Shown: positions 8,876-18,207 of the stretch, in pieces
Numbering within the stretch: the stretch's first letter is position 1
How the letters are laid out: each line of letters starts with the position of its first letter
Source of the DNA: Tepidisphaera sp.
GTDB taxonomy: Bacteria; Planctomycetota; Phycisphaerae; Phycisphaerales; UBA1924
DNA: 64,000 bases
Assembly (NCBI GenBank): GCA_050916045.1
Contig: CP051526.1
Coordinates: 2,784,001 to 2,848,000 of the forward strand
Direction of reading: 5' to 3'
The notes under the pieces: model-generated
Database searches by the model: none
What the model saw: only the letters and a program-made list of their open reading frames with translations
Told to the model about the DNA's origin: nothing
Program-made: the position numbers and the translations under genes

Positions 8876-10380
8876 GCGACGGCCCCACCCGCTACTACCT
8901 CTATATCCCGGTCTGGGCCACGGGCCGCGCCCCGCAGGGCGGCGGCTCGAGCAACTACTCGACGCCGTCGGAGTCGCCCGATTCGTCGTACAGCACGTAC
9001 TCGACGCCCACCAGCACGCCGAGCATGCCGCCGAGTTACTCGACGACGGGCGATGTGATCTACACGACCGGGCCGGGCGGCACGCCGACGCTGACGTTCT
9101 ACACCACCGATGCGTTCACCAGCAACACGCCGGGGACGACGCACACGCCATCGAGCACGCCGAGCGATACGCCGTCGAGCAGCGGTGGCATGTCGTCCTC
9201 GGGAATGTCGAGCAGCGCAGGCTCCAGCGGCATGAGCAGCTCCGGCGGCGGCAGTTCCTCCGGCATGAGTTCTTCGGGCGCATCGTCGGGCATGAGTTCC
9301 GGGGCGTCCAGCGGCATGTCGTCGGGGGCGAGTTCGGGCATGTCCTCGGGCGGGTCCTCTGGAGGATCGTCCGGAGGGGGCAGTTCAGGGGGTGGCTCGT
9401 CGGGCGGGGGCGGGTCCAGTGGCGGCGGTAGCGGCCCGGGCGGCTCGGGTCCCGGAGGCTCCGGCCCTGGCGGTTCTGGGCCGGGAGGGTCGGGCCCTGG
9501 GGGAAGCGGGCCGGGTGGATCTGGCCCCGGTGGCTCGGGACCCGGTTCAAACTGCGTGCTGGCCGGGACGCCGGTGCGTCTGGCCTCCGGGCAGACCGTG
9601 CCGATCGAGGATCTGAAACCGGGCGACCGCATCTCGGCACTCGACGTGGCGGGCCTCGACCGCGATGTACCGTGGCGGGCTCAGTACCAGTGGCTCCGCC
9701 AGCGGGCCGAAGCGGTGCTCACGCCGGTCACCGGTTCCGTGGCCAGCGTGAAGGTCGGCACGCACGACGGATTCATCACGATCAACGGTCGCCTGCGGCT
9801 CACGCCCGAGCACCCGGTGCTCCTGCGCCGCGGCGATGAGGTCGGGTTCGTGTCGGCGGAGTTCGTGCTCGTCGGCGATTGCCTCGTGCGTCACGACCTC
9901 AGCGAAGAGCGCGTTGAGACGGTCATCCGCGCCGGCGATCGCGTCACCACGGTCGCGGTGCATGTGCCGGGCCTCAACGTGTTCCTCGCCGACGGCGTGT
10001 GGGTCCACAACGACATGCCCGCGACGCAGGCGACCGGGTCGGGATCAGCCTCTGGATCAGGGTCTGGCTCTGGCTCGGGATCAGGCTCCTCGAGCGGCAG
10101 CGGGTCCGGCTCCGGCAGCGGTAAGTCCAGCGGCTCGTCCATGTCGAGTTCTGGAAGCTCGTCTGGGTCTGGCAGTTCATCTGGTTCCTCGAGCGGAAGC
10201 GGGAGCGAAAGCGGCTCGGGCCCGCCCGGTTCTGGCTCAGGCTCCGGCAGCGCCCAGCAGTCGGTGGCGCTCGGTGAGGGCGCATCGTCGTTCATCGAGG
10301 GCGGCATGGAGGGCGTGCCTCCCGCGAAGTGGCAGCAGAGTGGATTGAGCGGTGGCATCGAAGAGGAGGTGAAGTCGTGA
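8872..10380 (+). CDS. Ser/Gly/Thr-rich low-complexity protein with internal Hint (intein-like) domain
   Basis: Hint at 9553-10011: starts CVLAGT, block B TPEH, ends VWVHN; next residue is Asp. Flanked by S/T/P/Y-rich, SSGMSS, GPGGS and SGSG tracts. Confidence 0.85.
   Translation: MSDGPTRYYLYIPVWATGRAPQGGGSSNYSTPSESPDSSYSTYSTPTSTPSMPPSYSTTGDVIYTTGPGGTPTLTFYTTDAFTSNTPGTTHTPSSTPSDTPSSSGGMSSSGMSSSAGSSGMSSSGGGSSSGMSSSGASSGMSSGASSGMSSGASSGMSSGGSSGGSSGGGSSGGGSSGGGGSSGGGSGPGGSGPGGSGPGGSGPGGSGPGGSGPGGSGPGGSGPGSNCVLAGTPVRLASGQTVPIEDLKPGDRISALDVAGLDRDVPWRAQYQWLRQRAEAVLTPVTGSVASVKVGTHDGFITINGRLRLTPEHPVLLRRGDEVGFVSAEFVLVGDCLVRHDLSEERVETVIRAGDRVTTVAVHVPGLNVFLADGVWVHNDMPATQATGSGSASGSGSGSGSGSGSSSGSGSGSGSGKSSGSSMSSSGSSSGSGSSSGSSSGSGSESGSGPPGSGSGSGSAQQSVALGEGASSFIEGGMEGVPPAKWQQSGLSGGIEEEVKS
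9433..9549 (+). repeat. Coding pentapeptide repeat (GPGGS)x7 plus GPGS
   Basis: Seven identical peptide units encoded by seven different 15-nt sequences. Confidence 0.9.
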
Positions 10381-11000
10381 TCCCGAAGGTCATCTACACG
10401 GCCGATTTGTCCGAGTCTCCCGACCGTCAGCGGCTCACCGCCTGGAAGCACGCGTGGCAGACGCTGCATCCGGAATGGGACGTCGTCACGTTCACGCTGG
10501 AGACCAGGCCCCCGATCCTGAACCACGATCAGTGGCAGCAGACGCTGGACCTCAGCGAGCCTGCGGCCTCGGCGGCACGGCTCAACCTCCTGCGCTACGA
10601 ACTGCTCGCCCGCGAAGGCGGGGTGTTCGTCGATCCCGATCGCCTGCCGCTGCGTCCGCTGGATGAACTCGTCGCCGGGGTCGGCGCATTCTGTTCCACG
10701 ATCGCCAGCCACGGCGCGAGCCGCCCGCACATGCTCTCGCCGTCGGTGCTCGGCGCAACGCGGAACCACCCGATGCTCTGGCACGCGATCCGCGACCTGC
10801 CGCACTCGGTGCTGGTCTATCGCGGTGTGTGGGACCAGAGCGGGCCGGGGTTCCTCACCCGCGTCGTCCGCGACCACGGACACTTCCGCGACGTGGTGCC
10901 GTTCCACTGGGCCATGTTCGAGCAGGGCGAAGAACCCGCCAAGGCCCACGGCGGCGCGTACGGGTTCGTGACCGGCAAGACGGCGGAGGTTGCGGCTTGA
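10377..11000 (+). CDS. GT32-like (Och1/DXD sugar-binding) glycosyltransferase
   Basis: IPKVIY, WQTLHPEW, LLRYELLAREGGVFVDPD and DQSGPGFLTR motifs. Confidence 0.75.
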   Translation: MIPKVIYTADLSESPDRQRLTAWKHAWQTLHPEWDVVTFTLETRPPILNHDQWQQTLDLSEPAASAARLNLLRYELLAREGGVFVDPDRLPLRPLDELVAGVGAFCSTIASHGASRPHMLSPSVLGATRNHPMLWHAIRDLPHSVLVYRGVWDQSGPGFLTRVVRDHGHFRDVVPFHWAMFEQGEEPAKAHGGAYGFVTGKTAEVAA

Positions 11001-11665
11001 GCACTACCGCAACCCTGATCCCGCGGGTCCTGCACCAGATCTGGATGGGCAAGGGTGAGATGCCCCTGCACCAGCGGCGCTGGCGTCGCCGCTTCGCCGA
11101 GATGAACCCGCACTGGGAGATGCGGCTGTGGACGGATGACAACCTGCCGCCGATCCTCAACCGCAACGCATGGGAAGCCTGTGGCAACGTCGGTGGAACG
11201 CCCGGCTGCGTGATGCGCTCGGACATCCTGCGCCTCGAACTCCTGGCCCGCTTCGGAGGCGTCTATCTCGACACGGACGTGAAGCCGATCCGTCCGCTCG
11301 ACGAGATGTGCCCGCCCGAAGTTCGCGCCTGGGCCGCGTGCGAGCAACTCGACATCGTCTCCAACGCGGCGATGGGGTTCCCGGCTAACCACCCGGCGAT
11401 GTGGCACGCGGTGGCGATGATCGAAGAGTCGTTCTTCGAGCGCCGCTACGTCGGAGATCAAGCAGGGCCAGGGCTGATCGCTCGCGTGGTCACCCAGTAC
11501 GACGACGTGGCACTCTATCCACCAGCGTACTTCCACCCGACCGTCGGCGAATCGAAGTCCAATCCTGACGCTCCGTTGTTCCTGAAAGCGGCGCATCTCT
11601 TTGCCGGGACGTGGGTTGAAGAGAACCGGGAGCGGTACGTCCGGATGTGGTCGGCCAACGCCTGA
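10997..11665 (+). CDS. GT32-like glycosyltransferase, second paralogue
   Basis: IPRVLHQIW, RSDILRLELLARFGGVYLDTD (DxD), DQAGPGL and HLFAGTW motifs. Confidence 0.85.
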   Translation: MSTTATLIPRVLHQIWMGKGEMPLHQRRWRRRFAEMNPHWEMRLWTDDNLPPILNRNAWEACGNVGGTPGCVMRSDILRLELLARFGGVYLDTDVKPIRPLDEMCPPEVRAWAACEQLDIVSNAAMGFPANHPAMWHAVAMIEESFFERRYVGDQAGPGLIARVVTQYDDVALYPPAYFHPTVGESKSNPDAPLFLKAAHLFAGTWVEENRERYVRMWSANA

Positions 11666-11715
11666 CCGCCGGTTCTGCCCGTCCACCAACGGATAACAAC
11701 TGCTACACTCGGCTC

Positions 11716-11952
11716 ATGGCTCGCACCGCTCGAGTTCACGGGCATGTCGCACCTCAGCCGGAGGTCATGACCATTAACGACCTGGCGCTGTACCTCCAGC
11801 TGTCCAAGTCGTCGCTCTACAAGCTGGTGCAAGGGGGCAGAATCCCTGGCCAGAAAGTCGGCAGGCACTGGAGGTTCCACAAGGCAGCCATCGATGGCTG
11901 GTTGGTCTCAGGCAAATCCGGGCAGCCCTCCGGAGAACGGAAACGGAGTTAA
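11716..11952 (+). CDS. Excisionase-family helix-turn-helix DNA-binding protein
   Basis: MTINDLALYLQLSKSSLYKLVQGGRIPGQKVGRHWRFHKAAIDGWL is an HTH_17-type pattern; heads the RM cluster. Confidence 0.85.
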   Translation: MARTARVHGHVAPQPEVMTINDLALYLQLSKSSLYKLVQGGRIPGQKVGRHWRFHKAAIDGWLVSGKSGQPSGERKRS

Positions 11953-11957
11953 CCACA

Positions 11958-14900
11958 ATGCTGCTCGACAACAAGACGCACGGAAAGGTTGGCGACGTTC
12001 TCGAAAAGCACATGGGCAGCGGCTGCGCTGTCTCGATGCTCTCCCAGCAGTTCTCGCTGTTTGCCTTCGCGGCGCTACATCAGAAGCTCGCCAAGATCGC
12101 CTCGCTCAGGCTCCTTCTGTCTCCTGCGCTTCGAGCCGGTCAGGTTGACGCCTCGCAGATGGCCGACTTCCTTGGTCTCTTGGGGGATGCGGGTGACCGC
12201 AGACATCGGAACAGCCTCTCCGCACCGCTCTGGGCACGACGGTGTGCCGAATGGATAAATCGGTCGGCCCAGATCCGAGCCGTCTCCCTTCCGGCCCCTC
12301 AGGGTCTGTTTGTCGTGGACTCGGGCAGCGACCAGCGAATGGCGATCCAAGGCAGCTCGCAGTTCACATCCGCCGGCCTTGGCTATGCACCATCGCAGCG
12401 GTTCGAGATGAACTCCTGGTTCACAACCGAGTCCGAAACGACGGCTTTGCTGGAATGGTTCAACTCGATCTGGGACAACCAGAGCACCAGCACCGACGCC
12501 AAGAGCCGGGTTCTGGCGGCCCTTGCCGACATTTCCACCGCCCGTGCGGCGGAGGAGCTCTACTTCGCATCGCTGTTCCAGCTCTTCCGCGACACCCTTG
12601 GCGATCTGGACGAAGAGCGGATCATCAAGACCCAGACCGGCATCCGCGACACGCTCGTCTGGTCAAAGCTGTACCGCTTCCAGCGAGACGGCGTCCTTGG
12701 AGCCATCAGCAAGATCGAGAGGTACAACGGCTGCATCATCGCCGACAGTGTGGGCCTCGGAAAGACGTTCGAGGCGTTGGCCATCATCAAGTACTACGAG
12801 CTTCGCAACGACCGGGTGCTCGTTCTCGCACCGAAGCGCCTTCGCGAGAACTGGACGATCTACACCATCAACGACCGGCGAAACCTGTTCGCTGCGGACC
12901 GCTTCAACTTCGACGTGCTGAACCACACCGACTTAAGCCGCCAAGGCGGCCACTCCGGCGAAATCAATCTCGACACGATCAACTGGGGCAACTACGACCT
13001 TGTCGTCATCGACGAGTCGCACAACTTCCGCAACAACCCGCCGCGGAAGGACGGTCTCACCCGCTACTCCCGGCTCATGCGTGACATCATCCGCCAGGGT
13101 GTGAAGACGAAGGTGCTCATGCTGTCAGCGACGCCCGTCAATAGCCGGATGAATGACCTCAAGAACCAGGTCGCATTCATCACCGAAGGCCGTGACGACG
13201 CGCTCTACGGCGAGGGGATCTCCAGCATCGAAGCGACGCTCCGCAAGGCCCAGACGAAGTTCAACCAGTGGCTCCGCCTTGAGGGTGAACATCGCAACAC
13301 CAAGTCGCTTCTGGATGCCCTGAACTTCGACTACTTCAAGCTCCTGGACTTGCTCACCATCGCCCGTTCCCGCAAGCACATCACCAAGTACTACAGCAAC
13401 GCGGAGATCGGCGAGTTCCCGGTGCGGGCGAAGCCGATCAATATCAAGGCCGATATCGACACGAAAGACCAGTTCCCCGAACTCCGAGAGATCAACCGCG
13501 ACATTCGGCGTCTGAATCTCAGCGCTTACGCCCCGCTCAAGTACATCCTCCCCGAGAAGCTTGAGGAGTACAGCAAGCGGTATGACCGGGAGGTCAAGGG
13601 CGGCTCCGTCTTCAAGCAGATCGACCGCGAGCAGAGCCTCATCCACCTGATGCGGGTCAATCTCCTGAAGCGGATGGAGAGCTCGATCAACTCCTTCGGC
13701 ATGACGCTGGAGAAGCTCCTCAACGGCGTCCGGCTCTTCCTGGCCAAACTAGAGAACCACGAGAGCCGCGAGCTCGAAGAGATGAGCATCGAGGACATCG
13801 ACATTGAGAGCGAGGAACTCGATCCGTTCCTGCTGGGCACCAAGATCAAGGTGCTGATCCAAGATGTCGATCGCATCCGCTGGAAGCAGGAACTCAAGGA
13901 AGATGAAGATCTCTTGGTTGCCATGCTCCGCGAGGCTCGCCAGATCGACGCGAGCCGCGATGCCAAACTTCTGGAGTTGAAGAAGCTCATCGAGGGCAAG
14001 GTCACCACTCCGATCAACCCCGGCAACCGGAAGATCATCCTGTTCACGGCCTTCGCAGACACGGCCGAGTACCTTTACGCGAACGTCGCGGAGTGGGCCC
14101 GCACGAAGCTCGGCATCCACGCGGCCATCGTCACCGGGCGCAGCCAGAGCAACCGGACGACGCTCCCGGGCATCCGCAAGGACCTCGCGTCGATCATTAC
14201 GGCGTTCTCTCCGGTCTCGAAGGAGCGATCCAAGATCGACGAAGGAGCGACCGACGAGATCGACCTGCTCATCGCCACGGACTGCATCTCCGAAGGCCAA
14301 AACCTCCAGGACTGCGACTACCTGATCAACTACGACATCCACTGGAATCCGGTGCGGATCATCCAGCGATTCGGGCGCATCGATCGCCTCGGCTCAAAGA
14401 ACTCCGTTATCCAGTTGGTCAACTTCTGGCCGAACATGGAGCTTGACGAGTACATCAATCTCGAAGCCCGTGTCGCGGGCCGCATGGTGCTTCTCGATAT
14501 CTCCGCCACGGGCGAAGAGAACATCATCGAGGAAACCGAACGCGACCAGATGAACGACCTGGAGTACCGCCGCCGGCAGTTTGAGCAGCTCCAGAACGAA
14601 GTCGTGGACATCGAGGACCTCTCCAACGGAGTGTCCATCACGGACATGACGCTCAACGACTTCCGCATGGACCTCACGGCCCACCTGAAGGAGAACGCGG
14701 ACCGCTTGGAACGCCTGCCGCTGGGCATCTTCGCAGCGGCGTCCCTTGATGACCTTGTTGAAGACGACATCGCACCCGGTGCCGTCTTCTGCCTCCGCAG
14801 CGCCAACGCCAAGTTCCGCGGCGATCCCACGTACGCCCTTTCGCCGCACTATCTGGTTTACGTCTCCGACGACGGCAACGTCCGCTTGAACTTCACGAGC

Positions 14901-15227
14901 ACGCGCCAGATCCTGGACCTGCTCAAGAAGCTGGCCCTCGGCAGGTCGAGCGTCGATGAGGCCTCGCTTGCTGCCTTCAACACCCGCACCCGCGACGGTG
15001 CGGACATGACCCACTACCAAGGACTCCTCGCCAAGGGGGTCGCAGCCCTCACCGGCAAGGCCGAGGAGAAGGGCGTCGAGAGCCTCTTCCAGCGTGGCGG
15101 CACGGTGATCAGCAAGGAGGCCTTCCAGGGCATCGACGACTTTGAGGTCGTTGCCTACCTCGCCATCATGCCCGATGCCGGGCGTCGCAAGCCAGCGGCG
15201 GCCACGAACGGAGCCGCTATCGCATGA
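11958..15227 (+). CDS. SNF2-family helicase with N-terminal PLD-like region
   Basis: ADSVGLGKT, VIDESHNFRN, LSATP, SEGQNLQ and QRFGRIDR motifs; N-terminal GSSQFT. Confidence 0.9.
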   Translation: MLLDNKTHGKVGDVLEKHMGSGCAVSMLSQQFSLFAFAALHQKLAKIASLRLLLSPALRAGQVDASQMADFLGLLGDAGDRRHRNSLSAPLWARRCAEWINRSAQIRAVSLPAPQGLFVVDSGSDQRMAIQGSSQFTSAGLGYAPSQRFEMNSWFTTESETTALLEWFNSIWDNQSTSTDAKSRVLAALADISTARAAEELYFASLFQLFRDTLGDLDEERIIKTQTGIRDTLVWSKLYRFQRDGVLGAISKIERYNGCIIADSVGLGKTFEALAIIKYYELRNDRVLVLAPKRLRENWTIYTINDRRNLFAADRFNFDVLNHTDLSRQGGHSGEINLDTINWGNYDLVVIDESHNFRNNPPRKDGLTRYSRLMRDIIRQGVKTKVLMLSATPVNSRMNDLKNQVAFITEGRDDALYGEGISSIEATLRKAQTKFNQWLRLEGEHRNTKSLLDALNFDYFKLLDLLTIARSRKHITKYYSNAEIGEFPVRAKPINIKADIDTKDQFPELREINRDIRRLNLSAYAPLKYILPEKLEEYSKRYDREVKGGSVFKQIDREQSLIHLMRVNLLKRMESSINSFGMTLEKLLNGVRLFLAKLENHESRELEEMSIEDIDIESEELDPFLLGTKIKVLIQDVDRIRWKQELKEDEDLLVAMLREARQIDASRDAKLLELKKLIEGKVTTPINPGNRKIILFTAFADTAEYLYANVAEWARTKLGIHAAIVTGRSQSNRTTLPGIRKDLASIITAFSPVSKERSKIDEGATDEIDLLIATDCISEGQNLQDCDYLINYDIHWNPVRIIQRFGRIDRLGSKNSVIQLVNFWPNMELDEYINLEARVAGRMVLLDISATGEENIIEETERDQMNDLEYRRRQFEQLQNEVVDIEDLSNGVSITDMTLNDFRMDLTAHLKENADRLERLPLGIFAAASLDDLVEDDIAPGAVFCLRSANAKFRGDPTYALSPHYLVYVSDDGNVRLNFTSTRQILDLLKKLALGRSSVDEASLAAFNTRTRDGADMTHYQGLLAKGVAALTGKAEEKGVESLFQRGGTVISKEAFQGIDDFEVVAYLAIMPDAGRRKPAAATNGAAIA

Positions 15228-16021
15228 CCCAGCGTCTCTATGACAGCCTGGGTCTTCCCGACTCATGCCACCTCGGCAAGCGGGTGTTCAAGAAGCTGTT
15301 TGATGAGAACGCCGAGCTGACCGCCGGCGATCGGAAGGCCTTGGCCGACGACGTCGACACGATCACGTGGCAATACACGCTCAAGCCAAGCACGATTCAG
15401 ATCCCCGTCTTCGAGGATGCCGAGCGCGAGTACCACGAAGTCGCTGTGCTTGAGGTGGGGCTGAAGGGTCGAGCAAAGGCGGCACGACTTGCGGAAGTGA
15501 TCCATCGCGCCATCCCATACCCCGTCGTGCTCGTTCTGTTCGATCGCGTTGGCTTACCGACATCCGATGGGACCACGGCCCAAGCGGCTCAGCACGCGAT
15601 GCTCAGCCTTGCCACGAAGCGCCTCAGCCGAGCCGAGAAGAACGCCATCGTCGCCGACGAGTTCTTCAATACCGACTGGCTGGACCTTTCAGCACCGACA
15701 CCCGTGCAGAACGAGTTCCTGGCGAGTCTGTCGATCCGTGGCCTTCCGCACACCAACTTCCTCGACTTTTACACCTCGATGATCGACCGGGTGCTGGCTC
15801 TCCAGGCGTCGCGCCTGTCGGGGCGGTTCGGAGTTGTGGCCGCGGCTGAGGAAAGGGAGGCACGCCGTCGCCGACTCGCGGAGTGCCGGTCGATGGAACT
15901 CCAGATTGCCGAGCTGCGGGCGGCGGTCAAGACCGAAACCCACTTCAACCGCCAGGTCGAACTGAACACGAAGATCAAGGCTCTCCAGAAACGACTCGAA
16001 GGCGAGGTTGCGGGGCTTTGA
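15224..16021 (+). CDS. DUF4391 domain protein
   Basis: KRVFKKLF, IHRAIPYP and C-terminal ETHFNRQVELN; usual position between the SNF2 helicase and type III mod. Confidence 0.75.
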   Translation: MTQRLYDSLGLPDSCHLGKRVFKKLFDENAELTAGDRKALADDVDTITWQYTLKPSTIQIPVFEDAEREYHEVAVLEVGLKGRAKAARLAEVIHRAIPYPVVLVLFDRVGLPTSDGTTAQAAQHAMLSLATKRLSRAEKNAIVADEFFNTDWLDLSAPTPVQNEFLASLSIRGLPHTNFLDFYTSMIDRVLALQASRLSGRFGVVAAAEEREARRRRLAECRSMELQIAELRAAVKTETHFNRQVELNTKIKALQKRLEGEVAGL

Positions 16022-16042
16022 GCCCGTTAGGATTTGATTCTC

Positions 16043-18196
16043 ATGCCACGAAAGAAGCGACAACCTGCGAGAAAGACGCCCAAGGCGGCGAAGCCGCCAA
16101 CGCGCAAGAAGACGCCGCTCCAGCCCCGCGCCACGAAGCAGACGCCAAGCTCCAAGAGGTCCGCAGCCGCAGCAAAGACCAAGCGCCCAGCCAAGACCGT
16201 CGCCAAGCCAACCGCTAGCTCAAACAAGACACGATCCAACACCGCCACGCCACCGACCAGCAATCGCAGATTCCAGACGAGGAAGCCGATGAACCCCAGC
16301 AACCCCATCAAGCAGCCTGACGCCCAGACCGAAGGCTCCTCGGTCAACATCGTCGATCAGAATATCGCCACGCTGCGACAACTCTTCCCAGAGGCGTTTA
16401 CGGAGAGCTCCAAGGAAGATGGCCCTCGTTTTAAGGTAGACATCGAGGTGCTCAAACAGCTTCTCGGCGGATACACCGAGGATGAGCCAGAGAGGTACTC
16501 CTTCACATGGAGTGGAAAGGCGCGTGCACGGCGAATCGCGCAGACTCCATCTTCCGGTACGTTGCGTCCATCTGAAGACGACTCACTCCAATGGGAGTCG
16601 ACTCAGCACCTGTTTGTCGAAGGCGACAACCTGGAGGTCCTCAAGCTCCTTCAGAAAGCCTATCACCGTCAGGTGCGGATGATCTACATCGATCCGCCTT
16701 ACAACACGGGCCGAGAGTTCATCTACCCTGATAACTACAAGGACAATCTCGACACCTACTTGAGATACACAGGACAGGTCAACGACGACGGATTCAAAGT
16801 GTCGGCGAACAGTGAGACGTCTGGTCGCTACCACACTAACTGGCTCAACATGATGTATCCGAGACTGAAGCTGGCCAAGAACCTGCTTCGTGATGATGGC
16901 CTGCTCTTTGTGACCATCGATGACGTAGAAGTCTCGCACCTGAAGCAGCTCTGCAATGAAGTGTTCGGGGAAGAGAACTTTGTGTCGTGTGTGGTGTGGC
17001 ACAAAAAGCGAGGCAAGGACAACTCGGCTCAGTTCTTTAGCAAGGTGCACGACTACATCTTGTGCTACGCCAAGTCGATTGGAAATCTCACGCTCAATCG
17101 ACTGGAACTTGACGAAGACACGAAGAAGGCTTACCGCAATCCTGACGGGGACGCCCGTGGTGTCTATCGCACTCTTGGGCTTTGGTCGCGGGGCGGTCAG
17201 GGTGGCTCTCGATTTGAGTTTACGACAAAGGAGGGGCAGTTCTTCGCGGAGCGTGAGTGGCTGGTCGGTCCCGATACGATGCGTACGTATGACCAGGAGA
17301 ACCGCCTTATCGCCGTCGGGGACAAGCTGTACCGCAAGCTGTTTATCACGGAAAACGAAGGGGCGATTCCAGAGACTATTTGGCTTGATGCGTCCAACAA
17401 CGCAAACGCCGCCGACGAGCTCAAGGTGCTCTTTGGTGATCCGCCACCGTTTGATACGCCCAAGCCTCTGCCGCTGATTCAGAAGATGATCCGGCTCGGC
17501 ACGGTGTCTGACAGCATTGTCATGGATTTCTTCGCGGGCTCCGGCACGACGGGGCACGCGGTTCTCGCTGAGAACGCCATTGACGGTGGCACGCGAAGGT
17601 ACATCCTTGTCCAACTCCCCGAGCCTCTGGACCCGACTGACAAATCCCAGAAGGTGGCCGCCGACTTCTGCGATTCACTGGGCAAGCCGCGGACCGTCGC
17701 TGAGCTCACCAAGGAACGTTTGCGACGTGCTGCCGCATCGATTCGGAAGGAGAGCCCAATGTTTGCGGGAGACTTGGGATTCAGGGCATTCAAGTTGGAC
17801 AGCAGCAACGTCAAGCCTTGGGATGCTGATTTCGACACGCTCGAACAGGCGGTCTACGACGCCGTGGAGAACGTCAAGCCAGACCGCTCCGAGCAGGACG
17901 TGCTCTACGAGCTCCTCCTGAAGTTTGGGCTCGACCTCTGCGTACCCATAGAGGAGCGGAAGATCGCTGGCAAAACGGTCTTCAGCGTCGGGGCTGGCGC
18001 GTTGATGGTCTGCCTGGACAAGAAGATCACGCTCGACGTGGTGGAGGGCATTGCCAAGCTGAAAGACGAGCTCAAGCCCGAGATCATGCGTGTCGTCTTC
18101 CGCGATTCCGGGTTCAAGGACGACGTGGTGAAAACCAACGCCGTCCAGATCCTGAAGCAGGTCGGCCTGAGCGATGAACACATCCGCAGCATCTGA
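16043..18196 (+). CDS. mod: Type III restriction-modification methyltransferase (alternative start 16289)
   Basis: EGDNLEVLK, YIDPPYNTG, FDTPKP and DFFAGSGTTG motifs; adjacent to res. Confidence 0.93.
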   Translation: MPRKKRQPARKTPKAAKPPTRKKTPLQPRATKQTPSSKRSAAAAKTKRPAKTVAKPTASSNKTRSNTATPPTSNRRFQTRKPMNPSNPIKQPDAQTEGSSVNIVDQNIATLRQLFPEAFTESSKEDGPRFKVDIEVLKQLLGGYTEDEPERYSFTWSGKARARRIAQTPSSGTLRPSEDDSLQWESTQHLFVEGDNLEVLKLLQKAYHRQVRMIYIDPPYNTGREFIYPDNYKDNLDTYLRYTGQVNDDGFKVSANSETSGRYHTNWLNMMYPRLKLAKNLLRDDGLLFVTIDDVEVSHLKQLCNEVFGEENFVSCVVWHKKRGKDNSAQFFSKVHDYILCYAKSIGNLTLNRLELDEDTKKAYRNPDGDARGVYRTLGLWSRGGQGGSRFEFTTKEGQFFAEREWLVGPDTMRTYDQENRLIAVGDKLYRKLFITENEGAIPETIWLDASNNANAADELKVLFGDPPPFDTPKPLPLIQKMIRLGTVSDSIVMDFFAGSGTTGHAVLAENAIDGGTRRYILVQLPEPLDPTDKSQKVAADFCDSLGKPRTVAELTKERLRRAAASIRKESPMFAGDLGFRAFKLDSSNVKPWDADFDTLEQAVYDAVENVKPDRSEQDVLYELLLKFGLDLCVPIEERKIAGKTVFSVGAGALMVCLDKKITLDVVEGIAKLKDELKPEIMRVVFRDSGFKDDVVKTNAVQILKQVGLSDEHIRSI

Positions 18197-18207
18197 GGAA
18201 CCCGACC

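Larger units (their letters stand above)
1..11665 (+). mobile_element. Prophage late (tail morphogenesis) operon, siphovirus-like; continues beyond the left edge
   Basis: Co-oriented genes, many with 4-nt stop/start overlaps. Order: head-tail joining, terminator, tail tube, chaperone pair, tape measure, minor tail proteins. No sheath gene seen. Confidence 0.8.

Noticed and set aside
9099..9632. Pro-rich minus-strand ORFs over the Gly/Ser repeats
   Set aside because: Reverse complement of the low-complexity coding tract.
16043..18196. Phase-variable mod (phasevarion)
   Set aside because: No simple sequence repeat tract seen in the ORF.
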